Of a DNA stretch of 64,000 bases, positions 9,772 through 19,593 are shown in pieces. Each line of letters begins with the position of its first letter. Position 1 is the first letter of the stretch. The stretch covers positions 1-64,000 of IMG/VR virus record IMGVR_UViG_3300035182_002586; one strand, 5' to 3'. The notes beneath the pieces are model-generated. The model saw only the letters and a program-made list of their open reading frames with translations, made no database searches and was not told the origin of the DNA. Both the position numbers and the translations under genes were made by a program.

Positions 9772-10671
9772 ATGGCCCCCGGAATGGTTCTTCGAGTTGC
9801 TGCCCGGTTCCAGGTTGAAAACCAGGAGGGGCGGGTACGGCTTGCAGCTAAGTACAAGGGCAAGACAGTTTCCGAAGAAGGGAACGTCATCTACCAGTAC
9901 AGTGAACGGCAGATCGCACTCCGCAACAAGGCGAAGGCCGAGAAAATCGAGGGCCTGAAAAGGCACATCGGTGACCTTCGGGCGACCGTCAAGAAAGATC
10001 TCCGCTCGGAAGATCCCGAGACGATGTTGACAGCACTCGCGGTGGCCTTGATGGACCACACGTTCGAGAGAGTCGGCAACGAGGAGTCAGCCAAGGACGG
10101 GCACGTTGGAGTGACTGGCTGGGCAAAAAAGCACATCAGCTTCGGCAAAAAAGTCACCGTCAGGTACGTCGGAAAGTCCGGCGTGAAGCACACAAAAGAG
10201 ATTACAGACGCGGGCCTAAAGAAGGCGCTCCGTGACGCCTATGAAGCGGTCGATGGGGACAACGAAAGCATCTTCTCGTGGGACGGCGGAAAGGTAACGG
10301 CCGAGAAGGTCAACGCCTACTTGGAGGAGTTTGGCATCACTGCGAAGGACATCCGAGGCTTCCACGCGAATGACACGATGCACGAGGCCCTACGAGCTGC
10401 ACGCAAAGCAGGCGGAAAGCTCCCCGAGGACAAGAAAGCTAGGGAGAAGCAACTCAAGGAGGAGTTCAAGAAAGCTCTCGAAGAGACGGCGGATGTCGTC
10501 GGCCACGAGCCTGCGACCCTCCGTTCACAGTACTTGGTCCCGGGGCTAGAGTCGGACTACCTACGGGACGGTACGATAACGGACTCTTTCATCAAGTCCT
10601 CTTCCAGTCTTGCAGCACGCGTCGTCGACCGTTATCTTAGGGTGCATGAAGTGGGTGATCTACGTCCTTGA
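9772..10671 (+). CDS. DNA topoisomerase IB (bacterial/viral type catalytic core)
   Basis: RVGNE, GKSG, KDIR, GHEPATLRSQY match the R-K-R-H/N-Y catalytic pentad of type IB enzymes. Confidence 0.85.
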   Translation: MAPGMVLRVAARFQVENQEGRVRLAAKYKGKTVSEEGNVIYQYSERQIALRNKAKAEKIEGLKRHIGDLRATVKKDLRSEDPETMLTALAVALMDHTFERVGNEESAKDGHVGVTGWAKKHISFGKKVTVRYVGKSGVKHTKEITDAGLKKALRDAYEAVDGDNESIFSWDGGKVTAEKVNAYLEEFGITAKDIRGFHANDTMHEALRAARKAGGKLPEDKKAREKQLKEEFKKALEETADVVGHEPATLRSQYLVPGLESDYLRDGTITDSFIKSSSSLAARVVDRYLRVHEVGDLRP

Positions 10672-11376
10672 GGATCCGCGTCCGGTACGTAGGAGTGACC
10701 CACCAAGAACCTAAGAAGCGGCTTCTCAATCATCTATCCCGAGCCCGAAAGGGTGCTCGTTACCATCTGTTCAACTGGATCCGAAAACTGCTAACGGAAG
10801 GCGTCGAGCCTACTTTGCGGGTAATCGAAACCGGGTCTGGGGACGGGTGGGGCGAGGCCGAGGCCAAGTGGATTACACGGCACCGCCTTCAAGGGTGTGC
10901 CCTCACGAACGCTACGGATGGAGGTGAGGGTTGCCCCGGGCATACGGTATCCGACGAAGCTCGCGCAAAGATCCGTGCTGCTCGTTTGGGGAAGCCTCTG
11001 ACAGAAGAACACAAGGCGAAGGTGGCTGCTGGTAACCGAGGGAAGAAGATGTCCCCGGAATCCATCGCTAGGGGCGTCGATAAGCGACGGGGGCTCAAGC
11101 ACACACCAGAAGCTAAAGCGAAGATCTCCGCCTCACGTAAAGGGGGGGAAAGGGTGGAAGCCTACCCCCGAGCAACTCGCTCAACGGGCCGAAGCTATCA
11201 AGACAGCCCTGGCGGCGAAACGTGCCTCCGGTTGGGTCAGACCCCCTGTGAGCAAGGAAGCGTGCGAAAAGATCAGTGCCTCTAAGAAAGGGTGGAAGCC
11301 TACCCCCGAGGCAAGAGCACGGATGTCTGCCGCGAGGCGACAACGGGACGCTTCACGCAAGACCGACCCGGTGTAG
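10646..11376 (+). pseudogene. GIY-YIG homing endonuclease with NUMOD3 repeats, two +1 frameshifts
   Basis: MKWVIYVLEDPR (10646) continues as VRYVGVT in the +1 frame; NATDGGEG; HTPEAKAKISASRKG repeats; second shift at G7 run 11142-11148; third frame ends TAG 11376. Confidence 0.75.
11149..11310 (+). repeat. 24-bp direct repeat AAAGGGTGGAAGCCTACCCCCGAG (2 copies)
   Basis: Copies at 11149-11172 and 11287-11310; both encode KGWKPTPE in the restored endonuclease frame. Confidence 0.8.
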
Positions 11377-11385
11377 ATGAGGGGG

Positions 11386-11961
11386 ATGCCCACCCCCCTC
11401 CAGATCGCCCCCAAGACCACCCTTCTCGTCACCGGTCGAGTCGGCGTGGGCAAGTCGCAGTTCCTCTACCACCTCGCGATCGACCATTCCCAGCGAGGGC
11501 AGAGGGTTCAGCTCTGGTCTCGTGACCTGGACCCCAACCGCCTCTCGGCACGTCTGCGATCGCACGGGGCAGGGCACGTGGAGGTCATCTCGGACCCCAT
11601 CACCGAGTCCCTGGCGGACGTCGCAATCAGGAAAGGGGTGGACCTCCTCTTGATCGACGACATCCACGAGATTCTCATGTCTGCGGACCCCTACGACCAA
11701 CCCGTAGGGTCGGGTGCCGCGGGGACCAAGATCATCGTCGACACAGCACGCGCCAAGGGTCTGCCTCTCGTTGCCACGATGGCACGGAGAGGCCCGAAGG
11801 ACGGGAAGGACCCAAACGTGGACGCGGGGGTCGGAGGGCTCTTCGACGAGTACTGGTGGTTCCGCACGACGCTGAACGTCGAGTGTCTGCGGGGCGCAGA
11901 TACGACACGGGCCTTCTACGTCGAACCCCTCGTCGACCGTCCTGTCCTGCACCACATCTGA
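11386..11961 (+). CDS. P-loop NTPase (RecA/DnaB-C-like fold)
   Basis: Walker A GRVGVGKS; Walker B LLLIDD. Confidence 0.7.
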   Translation: MPTPLQIAPKTTLLVTGRVGVGKSQFLYHLAIDHSQRGQRVQLWSRDLDPNRLSARLRSHGAGHVEVISDPITESLADVAIRKGVDLLLIDDIHEILMSADPYDQPVGSGAAGTKIIVDTARAKGLPLVATMARRGPKDGKDPNVDAGVGGLFDEYWWFRTTLNVECLRGADTTRAFYVEPLVDRPVLHHI

Positions 11962-12001
11962 GAAGTCCCCGGTGAGCCCCCAACTCACCGGGGATCCAGA
12001 C

Positions 12002-13237
12002 CTACTGCGCGGCTGCGGCCGCGGGCTTCCCAGAGAGCTGCCGCTCGATGTCGTTGAGAGCATCCGCGATCGAGGCCACGCCCGCTTTGTCCGCCGCCGC
12101 GAAGGGGGTGTTCGTGGCCTTGCAGGCGGCCTGCACGTCATACCACGCATTGTGACTCGTGAGCCCCTCTAGGAAGACGATGGCTCCGATGCGCCCCGCG
12201 CGGACGCGCTTCACCACACCCTTGATGTCCTTCGACGAGCCATTGTCGATCGAGAACCACCCCGGCTCGATACCGAAGCGCTCTTTCACCAGCTCGATCT
12301 TCTCCTCCCGGCGAAGCCCACCGACGAGGTAGAGCCCTGCGTCCTCGATGCGCTTCCGGAGGTTGGGCAGCTCCGGCCAGTCGTACGTCACCGGGCTCTC
12401 GGCGCGTTCCTTCTCCTTGGCTGGACGAGAGACGCGCGGTCCAGCCGGGGCTTGCGCGGCATCCCGGTCGAAGCGTTGGAGCCGGCGACGGGCATCCTGT
12501 GCAAGGAGGTGCCAGTTGTCGCGGAACGTCGGCGAAAGCCCCTTGATGAACCCGATCTCTTCCGGTAGCCCGCGCACGAACCCGTCGATGCGCTGCATGA
12601 GGCGTTCGAGCCGCCGATGGACCGGGTGGTCCATCTCGATGTGCCCCATGATCTGTCGCGCCTCGGCCACGATCGCCTGGAGCATGGGCTGGAGACGCAA
12701 CGCGTGATCTTCGGCGTCGGCCTTCTCGAACTCGGCGAGAAGGGCCTCCGCCTTGGCGATCTCTGCGCGCGTTGGAACATGACGGACGATCACTTCCCGA
12801 ACGGTGTCCGCGTCGTTCGAGGGCACGGCTCGCAGAGCGGACTCACTCAGCTCCGCGGGTCGGGGTACGGCTCGCAGGATCACCGGAACTGCGGGAGCCT
12901 CTTGGGGAACCGGTTCCGGGACCACTGGCGCGTCCTGTGGGGGCTCGTCGGCAACAGCAGGGGCTTCCTCCGGTAGGTCTCCCAACAGGCTGAGGAGCGC
13001 CCGGAGAGAGCTGCGGAGGTGCAACGCCGAGGGGTCGTCCTCGGGCGGAGGTAGCGGGTCGTGACCAAGCACCGAGAACACTTCGGTATGCACGTCGTGC
13101 TCGGCCTTACGGCGAGCGTGGGTGAGGTACGGATCGAGCCATCGGCGGACATCCTCGACAGCACCCGCCACGGGGGTGGTCCGAATCTCCACGCGTTTTC
13201 GAACCGCCTCCAGCAGCTTCTCGTTCAAGCCTTCCAT
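12002..13237 (-). CDS. hypothetical protein with C-terminal DUF2325-like domain
   Basis: C-terminal LTSHNAWYDVQAACKATNTPF...GVASIADAL pattern; GAGAGG RBS before ATG 13237. Confidence 0.6.
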   Translation of the reverse strand: MEGLNEKLLEAVRKRVEIRTTPVAGAVEDVRRWLDPYLTHARRKAEHDVHTEVFSVLGHDPLPPPEDDPSALHLRSSLRALLSLLGDLPEEAPAVADEPPQDAPVVPEPVPQEAPAVPVILRAVPRPAELSESALRAVPSNDADTVREVIVRHVPTRAEIAKAEALLAEFEKADAEDHALRLQPMLQAIVAEARQIMGHIEMDHPVHRRLERLMQRIDGFVRGLPEEIGFIKGLSPTFRDNWHLLAQDARRRLQRFDRDAAQAPAGPRVSRPAKEKERAESPVTYDWPELPNLRKRIEDAGLYLVGGLRREEKIELVKERFGIEPGWFSIDNGSSKDIKGVVKRVRAGRIGAIVFLEGLTSHNAWYDVQAACKATNTPFAAADKAGVASIADALNDIERQLSGKPAAAAAQ

Positions 13238-13329
13238 GGCGCCTCTCATAGGTGGGTCCCCGCGCCCCCTGTGGATGCGGCCACGTGATTCTGTGTACAC
13301 CGGGGCGAGCTGGTGTACCCTCACCCACG

Positions 13330-13890
13330 ATGCTCACGAAGAACGCTGTCAAGGCTGTCCGCGCGTACGAGAAGGCAACCCCAGATCGGGATGTCGCCCG
13401 TGCCCGAGTCACCGAAGGACACGTGACGCCTGGCCCCTACCTGGCCCTACCTCTCATCGGATGGCTCGCGCAGGTGGGAGGAGCACGCTTCCTCAGCCTC
13501 GGAATGGCGCTCATCCGCATCTCGGACAACTCGCCCGTCGGAAGTCTCGGGTGGGCCATCCCGTTCGGACCGAGAACGGACGAGACCTGTGCAAACGTCC
13601 TCGCAGCTCTCGGGTGGGACGGCCGCATCTGGCCCACGAACCCCGGCTGGCCGACGGGCACCGACCGAGAGGAGGCGATCCGCACGATGCTCGACGAGGC
13701 CAACCTCGGCAACGCGATCGTCTTCCCTCCGGATGAGACGCGTGGCGCCCCGGCCGTGCGCATCAATGTCCTTGCGAGTTCGGGCCCCTTCACCCTGGAC
13801 CCGTCTTGCGTGGGGGCTGCCAACGTCCCGGAGAGCTGGAAGCAGCGCCTTTGGGCGCTCGTCTCCGACCCCGCTTGGTTCCAGCGCTAG
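13330..13890 (+). CDS. hypothetical protein
   Basis: ATG 14 nt after GGTGTA. Confidence 0.65.
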   Translation: MLTKNAVKAVRAYEKATPDRDVARARVTEGHVTPGPYLALPLIGWLAQVGGARFLSLGMALIRISDNSPVGSLGWAIPFGPRTDETCANVLAALGWDGRIWPTNPGWPTGTDREEAIRTMLDEANLGNAIVFPPDETRGAPAVRINVLASSGPFTLDPSCVGAANVPESWKQRLWALVSDPAWFQR

Positions 13891-14423
13891 AAGCCCTCTT
13901 CGAGGATCCGATCCCATAGGGTGGGTGGGAGTGTCTTCTCTTGCGGCTTCTCCTGCGGAGTCAACGTGAACCCCGTGAGGGGCACCGCGGTGAACGGCGC
14001 CACTTCCCGCTGCTCCGTGAAGAACGGTTCGGCAGGGACGAGAACCAACCGCACTTCGTCCCGCGGGCTGAGCACGTCTTGGATGTGGCGCACCTCGCGG
14101 ACGATGTGAAGCACAGGCTCGTCATCCCCGTTCAGACGAAGAGCCACGCCGTCCAGGGGCCGCAGGTTGAACAACCTGGGGATCATACGGCCATCGATGA
14201 TGATATCCCCACCACGGTCGGACATGCGAGACTCTACGGTGAGGACCCCCGCTGACCCGAAGGACACGTCCGGGGGAACCCCCGGTTCATCCTCTGCGCT
14301 GAGGCTGTCTTCCAGTGCGTTCGCGATCCGCACCGCTTCACCGTGCTGCGCGAAGTCAGCCTCACCTCGAAGTAGGTCGAGAAGGAACCGCGCCGTGTCC
14401 TCGGCCAGCGTGATCGTCGGCAC
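13887..14423 (-). CDS. hypothetical protein with C-terminal TLWDRILEE tag
   Basis: GTG 12 nt after CGTTGTA; shared C-terminal motif. Confidence 0.65.
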   Translation of the reverse strand: MPTITLAEDTARFLLDLLRGEADFAQHGEAVRIANALEDSLSAEDEPGVPPDVSFGSAGVLTVESRMSDRGGDIIIDGRMIPRLFNLRPLDGVALRLNGDDEPVLHIVREVRHIQDVLSPRDEVRLVLVPAEPFFTEQREVAPFTAVPLTGFTLTPQEKPQEKTLPPTLWDRILEEGF

Positions 14424-14488
14424 ATGTCGATGCTACAACGCCAGAACCGCCCTCGCCAGAGGTTGCACTAGGTGTACCCTTCAAGCAG

Positions 14489-15139
14489 ATGGACGCAGCA
14501 TCCCTCGCACAGTTGTACGCCGAGCTGAGCCCACTTCTCCAGGAAGTGTCTCTTCGGATGCGGCCGTTCGAGGAGGCCGTCACGGTCCCTGACAGTGGGA
14601 CGGGGATGGCCGACAACTACAGCTACATCATGTCGGGGCCCGACGAGGTGTACCTCGGTGTCTACGAGATCCTCCACAAGGTCGCCCCGGCTGGCAGGAG
14701 TGCCCGAGGGAAGACGGCCGCCAAGTGGGAGAAGACGGGCCGACACGCCCTCTTCCTGTCTGCGCTGAACCTCCCCCGGAAGACCTATCACCAGCTCTCG
14801 GACGGCACATTCCCCCTCGAACGCGTCGTGACCGAAGCTCAACGGGTCATCCTCCGTCAGCGTAAGGATCGGGTCGAGGCCGAGCAGCGGCGGCGCCACA
14901 AGCAGAACTACACGGAGGTGGCTACCCGCTTGGCCAAACAGTTCCACCTCGACGACTCCGACGTGGATTGCCTCACCACTGGAAGGCCCGAAGGGGTCGA
15001 GCTGTCCTTCACGGGGCTCTCTGAGGATCGAGCACGACAGCTTCTCTCCCTGGCGCGTCAGGCGGGCTTCATCCAGAGACCACACGAACAGAAGACGCCC
15101 CTCCCCTCCATGTGGGACCACTTGCTGGACGAGAGCTGA
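14489..15139 (+). CDS. hypothetical protein with C-terminal SMWDHLLDE tag
   Basis: ATG 14 nt after GGTGTA; shared C-terminal motif. Confidence 0.7.
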   Translation: MDAASLAQLYAELSPLLQEVSLRMRPFEEAVTVPDSGTGMADNYSYIMSGPDEVYLGVYEILHKVAPAGRSARGKTAAKWEKTGRHALFLSALNLPRKTYHQLSDGTFPLERVVTEAQRVILRQRKDRVEAEQRRRHKQNYTEVATRLAKQFHLDDSDVDCLTTGRPEGVELSFTGLSEDRARQLLSLARQAGFIQRPHEQKTPLPSMWDHLLDES

Positions 15140-15576
15140 TGCCCCACAAGCTCAACCCAACGCAGCTCGATGTACTGTCCGTCTTGGACTGGCTGATGGA
15201 TCGATCCACGGACGCACGAGGTACGGGACGCACGTACGTCACAGCCATCGCTTGCATCCGCGCTGCGTGTCGGAACCCCTCGCAGTGGATCAGCGTGCAC
15301 GACTACCAGACGGCAGACCTACGCGCGCACCGACATCTCTTCGGCGTGATCATGGGGCTGATCCACGAGGACACCAACACGTATCACGGGCACCCCCTTG
15401 CGCGATGGGTGCGGGAGGAGGGGCACGGTCACATGTTCGTCCTTGACCTGCCTGCGCCCGTAGAGGACTGGTTGCCTGTGGGGGCGGTGGACATCTCCAT
15501 GATCCGGCTACCGCCCTCGGGACCGCCCCCATCCCCGACTGCGTGGGAGCACCTTCTCGACGAGGGTGCGATCTAG
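15139..15576 (+). CDS. hypothetical protein (degenerate P-loop RGTGRT) with C-terminal TAWEHLLDE tag
   Basis: TGATG overlap with previous gene; shared C-terminal motif. Confidence 0.65.
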   Translation: MPHKLNPTQLDVLSVLDWLMDRSTDARGTGRTYVTAIACIRAACRNPSQWISVHDYQTADLRAHRHLFGVIMGLIHEDTNTYHGHPLARWVREEGHGHMFVLDLPAPVEDWLPVGAVDISMIRLPPSGPPPSPTAWEHLLDEGAI

Positions 15577-16565
15577 GCAGGATCGTCGTCGATGTCGTAG
15601 GGCGGTCGCTCGACGACTGCGGCCAGAGCTTCGGGGAGAGCCGTGCTGTCCTCCTCGATCGCCTCTGTGTCCTCGACTTCGATGGGGGTAGAGATGGGTG
15701 GGATCGACTCCCCGCTGCGCCAGGTCGACGGTGACCGTCGACCGACAATAATCAGTTCGCTGATCGCCCCCCGGCCATTCGCCTTCGAGTTGATCGGGCG
15801 ACGCACCAGGACCGGGTGCAGCTCGAAGCCCTCATAAAGGGTCCGCACGATCTCCGTGTCAGAGTTCGATGCGACGACCGCTACCCCGCGCTCGACCAGA
15901 TCCTTGAAGAGCGCTGCGAGACGGTACTGCGCGTCGATGCCGAACCCGTTGGACGTGTACGACGTGAAGTCCGAGGTTGCGTTGACGGGGACGTAGGGAG
16001 GATCGAAGTACACAAGGTCGCCGTGTTTGGCGTCCGCACAGGCATCGGCGAAGTCCCCCTGCTTGATCGAGGCCCACCGATCCAGAATCGCCGAGCATGC
16101 ACGGAGGTTCACAGGGTCGCAGATGCGCGGGTTCTTATACTTGCCGAACGGGACGTTGAATTTGCCTGTCTTGTTCACGCGGTAGAGGCCGTTGAAGCAC
16201 GTGCGGTTGAGGAACAGCAGACGCGCCGCCCGGGTGATGGGGTCGAGGGATTCCGTGTGGAGAGCCCGCCACCACTCGAACGTCGAACGAGCATCCAGCT
16301 TGTACGCGTCGGTGATCTCCGAGAGCTTCGTGATCAGCTCCTCGGGGAAGTCTCGGATGGTGCGGTAGGCGGTGACCAGCTCGTCGTTCCAGTCGTTGAT
16401 GACTGCGCGCTCGAACCGGCCTTCGGCCGCAAGGGCGAAGAAGAGGGCACCGCCGCCGATGAACGGTTCGTAGTAGGTACGAACCCTCTTCGGGAAGAGG
16501 TCGAGGAGCGTGGGTAGGAGGGCCGTCTTCCCTCCCGCCCACTTCATGAAGGGGTGCGCTTGCAT
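15573..16565 (-). CDS. dam: Dam-family N6-adenine DNA methyltransferase
   Basis: KWAGGK, EPFIGGG, FNGLYRVN..G.FNVPFG, DPPY, SNS motifs. Confidence 0.93.
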   Translation of the reverse strand: MQAHPFMKWAGGKTALLPTLLDLFPKRVRTYYEPFIGGGALFFALAAEGRFERAVINDWNDELVTAYRTIRDFPEELITKLSEITDAYKLDARSTFEWWRALHTESLDPITRAARLLFLNRTCFNGLYRVNKTGKFNVPFGKYKNPRICDPVNLRACSAILDRWASIKQGDFADACADAKHGDLVYFDPPYVPVNATSDFTSYTSNGFGIDAQYRLAALFKDLVERGVAVVASNSDTEIVRTLYEGFELHPVLVRRPINSKANGRGAISELIIVGRRSPSTWRSGESIPPISTPIEVEDTEAIEEDSTALPEALAAVVERPPYDIDDDPA

Positions 16566-16613
16566 AGCGGGCCGGTACACCGGGTCACCCCCTTGGGGCT
16601 CGGGGCACTTTCG

Positions 16614-17849
16614 TCATGTGTCTTCCTCGATGTCGAGCCAGGCTTCCTTGGGCATATCCGTGGTGTTTCGGACCCGTTGGATGCGCTGTGTGATGAGGTC
16701 CCGGTAGTCCCCGTTGACCTCGATCCCGAGATAGTCCCGGCCAAGGCTGAGGGCCTCTGCACCCGTCGTCCCACTCCCCATGAACGGATCGAGCACGAGG
16801 CACGGCACAGGGTCGCCAGCATCACACTTGCAGGTAGGCGCCCACCCGATCGTGACGGACAAGGGTTCGTCCCCCTCCTCAACCTCCAGGGGCCTTTCGA
16901 CAACACGCTTCCAGGGCGCTCGACACTTCGGGCACGCCCCCTTCTCGCTCGTTCCGGCACGGATGCATCGTGCCGGCAGCTCCGGGGGAAAGACCGCGAA
17001 GTGCGCCCCCTTGTACGGCTGAGAGAAGATCGTCCAGACCGAGCGACTGTTGCGGCCCAAGGGGTTCGGCCCGTGGGTCGCCCTGGACCCTTCGTGGGGG
17101 TGCTGTCCGGGAGGGTTGTACGACCCCCCTCGGGTCTGGTCGTGGTAGTTCTTCCCCCGGAACGACTCCCGAATGGCGTCCGCATCGTAGAAGTAGTGAC
17201 GGCTCTTCGCGAGAAGGAAGATCTGCTCGTGGGCCTTCGTCGGACGGTCGATGACGCTCTCCGGCATCGCGTTGGGCTTCTCCCAGATGATTTCCTGCCG
17301 CAGGTACCACCCGTCCTTGCGAAGCGCGAGAGCGAGCATCCAGGGGATCCCGAGGAGGTCCTTGGCCTTGAACTCCCTCTCGGCCGCCTGAGCCTTCTTC
17401 ATCGGCTGTACGGCGCTGTCCCCGATGTTGAGCCAGAAGGTCCCGTCCGCGCGGAGAACACGCCGCAGCTCCCGAAAGACCTCGACCATGTGCTCGACGT
17501 ACGCTTCCGGGGTTGGCTCCAGACCAAGCTGGCCGTACCAGGCGCCGCACTGGACGCACGTGAGAGTCGTGGCCGTCTGCCCCTTGCCGGCGGCCTGAGC
17601 CGTCTTCCACTTCGTCTGCTCGACCTGGCCGGGATGATGGGGCCCGTTCTCTTTGACCTCCCCGTGCTCACAATCGGGGTTGCCACCCCCGAACCAGTGT
17701 CGGGTCCCGTAGTCCCGCAGACCGTAGTAGGGAGGGCTTGTCACGCACGTCTGGACGTACTCGTCCGGAAGCATACGAAGCACGTCGAGGACGTCACCAA
17801 AGACAACGTGAACCTGATCGGGCTCGAACGTAGGGGCCGTTTTCGTCAC
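16614..17849 (-). CDS. site-specific DNA methyltransferase (N4-C/N6-A, beta class)
   Basis: TSPPY catalytic motif before DPFMGSGTT SAM-binding motif; HFAVFP. Confidence 0.92.
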   Translation of the reverse strand: MTKTAPTFEPDQVHVVFGDVLDVLRMLPDEYVQTCVTSPPYYGLRDYGTRHWFGGGNPDCEHGEVKENGPHHPGQVEQTKWKTAQAAGKGQTATTLTCVQCGAWYGQLGLEPTPEAYVEHMVEVFRELRRVLRADGTFWLNIGDSAVQPMKKAQAAEREFKAKDLLGIPWMLALALRKDGWYLRQEIIWEKPNAMPESVIDRPTKAHEQIFLLAKSRHYFYDADAIRESFRGKNYHDQTRGGSYNPPGQHPHEGSRATHGPNPLGRNSRSVWTIFSQPYKGAHFAVFPPELPARCIRAGTSEKGACPKCRAPWKRVVERPLEVEEGDEPLSVTIGWAPTCKCDAGDPVPCLVLDPFMGSGTTGAEALSLGRDYLGIEVNGDYRDLITQRIQRVRNTTDMPKEAWLDIEEDT

Positions 17850-17871
17850 GGCGGCGACGCGTACACCGATT

Positions 17872-18561
17872 TCAGTCGTCCTCGGGAAGGCCCGCCCACG
17901 GTTCCCACCCTTGTGCGAGTGCAGGCTCTTCTTTCTTCACCAGAGCCGCGATCGGGGCGTAGCTCTTCCGGTGGATGAGACACGGACCGAGCTTCGCCAA
18001 GGCGACCTGGTGCACCTTCGTCCCGTACCCCACATGCCTCTCGAAGCCGTACCCGGGGTAGCGCACGGCGTTATCTGCCATCACCTCGTCCCGAGCGAGC
18101 TTCGCGAGGACCGACGCCATGGACACGGCTGGAACGAGCTTGTCCGCCTTGGGCAGGCCGATCGCCCCATCCACGCGAACGTTCCCGTCCGCGATGACGA
18201 GCGGGTGCTCTCCACCCGCTTGCACGCGCGCCCACGCCGCTGCCTCCCGTAGGGCCTTCTGGTGGAGCCCCGTCAGCGTCGGGCCCGCTCCGTCACGGTC
18301 GATGACGTCGGCTTCCGCCCACCAGATCCGCCAGTGCACGTCGGCTGCGTGACGGTTGATGAACTCCGCCCGGATCCGCTTCATCTGCGTGGTCGACAGC
18401 TCTTTCGAGTCGGTGAGCCCCACCGGGGGGACCCACTCCCGAGGCACGGCGACCGCGCAGACAGCGATGGGGCCCGCCCACGCGCCGAAGCCCACCTCGT
18501 CGGATCCGACAATGTAGGGGGCCTCAGAGTCGTCGATGAGGGAGTTCCCCGTGTTGAGCAT
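17872..18561 (-). CDS. rnhB: ribonuclease HII
   Basis: GSDEVG.G..AGP, DSK, ADG, ASVLAKLARD, HVGYGT..H, HRKSY. Confidence 0.92.
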   Translation of the reverse strand: MLNTGNSLIDDSEAPYIVGSDEVGFGAWAGPIAVCAVAVPREWVPPVGLTDSKELSTTQMKRIRAEFINRHAADVHWRIWWAEADVIDRDGAGPTLTGLHQKALREAAAWARVQAGGEHPLVIADGNVRVDGAIGLPKADKLVPAVSMASVLAKLARDEVMADNAVRYPGYGFERHVGYGTKVHQVALAKLGPCLIHRKSYAPIAALVKKEEPALAQGWEPWAGLPEDD

Positions 18562-18580
18562 GAAGCTCGGGTACACCGAA

Positions 18581-18931
18581 CTACTTGGGGAGATCTCCCG
18601 CCAACGTCTGCATCACCACGGGGTGCAAGTCGACGGGGCACCCCTTTTGTGCGGAGGAGAGGAAGCCCCCCATCCCCGTCAGGGCGGTGCGCGCAGCCGT
18701 GTCCAGGCCGGGATGCTGCTCGACGAACTTGCCGTCGATGCGGAGCCACTCGCGACCGAGATCGGGAACCCACACCCTGACGATGTGATGCGGGTCCTTC
18801 TCGATGTCTTGGACCCGCATCTCGGCCTGGTACTCGTAGTCGACCCGAACGGACCCCGCATGCGTGGGTCCGTCGCGGCCGTGCTTCTCACCGGGAGCTG
18901 CGGGCGTGTTGTCGTGCAGGGTGATTTCCAT
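18581..18931 (-). CDS. hypothetical protein
   Basis: ATG 12 nt after GGTGTA. Confidence 0.65.
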   Translation of the reverse strand: MEITLHDNTPAAPGEKHGRDGPTHAGSVRVDYEYQAEMRVQDIEKDPHHIVRVWVPDLGREWLRIDGKFVEQHPGLDTAARTALTGMGGFLSSAQKGCPVDLHPVVMQTLAGDLPK

Positions 18932-18951
18932 GCGCGACTACTACACCAAGG

Positions 18952-19125
18952 TCACTTGACGACGGCGGAGCGAACGGTCCCCTTCCAAGGGAACACCTGG
19001 AGGAACGCCTTGATCGACTTGATGAGACCGACCGCATCCAAGACACACCCGTCTTCCGGGGCCTCGACTTCGAGGACGATGCGGAGCGTGAGGTTGGACT
19101 GCGCGGAGCGAGTGTTGTTCTTCAT
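18952..19125 (-). CDS. 57-aa hypothetical protein (not in ORF track)
   Basis: MKNNTRSAQSNLTLRIVLEV...WKGTVRSAVVK; CATGTA variant 13 nt upstream; fills the gap. Confidence 0.5.
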   Translation of the reverse strand: MKNNTRSAQSNLTLRIVLEVEAPEDGCVLDAVGLIKSIKAFLQVFPWKGTVRSAVVK

Positions 19126-19164
19126 GCCGCCGACGCTACATGGCGCCGGAGGAGCGGGCCAAAT

Positions 19165-19593
19165 TCAGTGCACCCGACGCGTGGGGAAGGACTTCGACAC
19201 GTCCGGGGCACTGACCCAAAGGCGCGTCAGCAGCTCCAGGTCCGCTACGGTGTGGCCCTCCTGTGCTGAGACCCGCTCGGGACCGGGCATGTTCTCGAAC
19301 AGGCTCCGGAGCGCCTCCAGCTCCCGTTCGATGTCCCGCTTGGGTCGCGGCTGTGTGGTCGGGGTGCGCGCCGGGGTAGCCTTCGGCTTCCCTGCCACAC
19401 GACGCAGCCACGCTGCGATGCCCTCGATGTGATCGGCCGCCTGCTCGACGGTCATGGGCTGGCTGTGCCTCTTGATGAACCGCCCCAACGCCGTAGCCGC
19501 GCTCTCCATGTCCACGTGGTACAGGGGGTAGAGCAGCGTGCCATCGTTCACGAGGGCACGGAACCAGCCTTCCTTCTGCGCGACCTCTCGCAC
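19165..19593 (-). CDS. hypothetical protein (start uncertain)
   Basis: Frame stays open upstream to about 19785 without a canonical start. Confidence 0.55.
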   Translation of the reverse strand: MREVAQKEGWFRALVNDGTLLYPLYHVDMESAATALGRFIKRHSQPMTVEQAADHIEGIAAWLRRVAGKPKATPARTPTTQPRPKRDIERELEALRSLFENMPGPERVSAQEGHTVADLELLTRLWVSAPDVSKSFPTRRVH

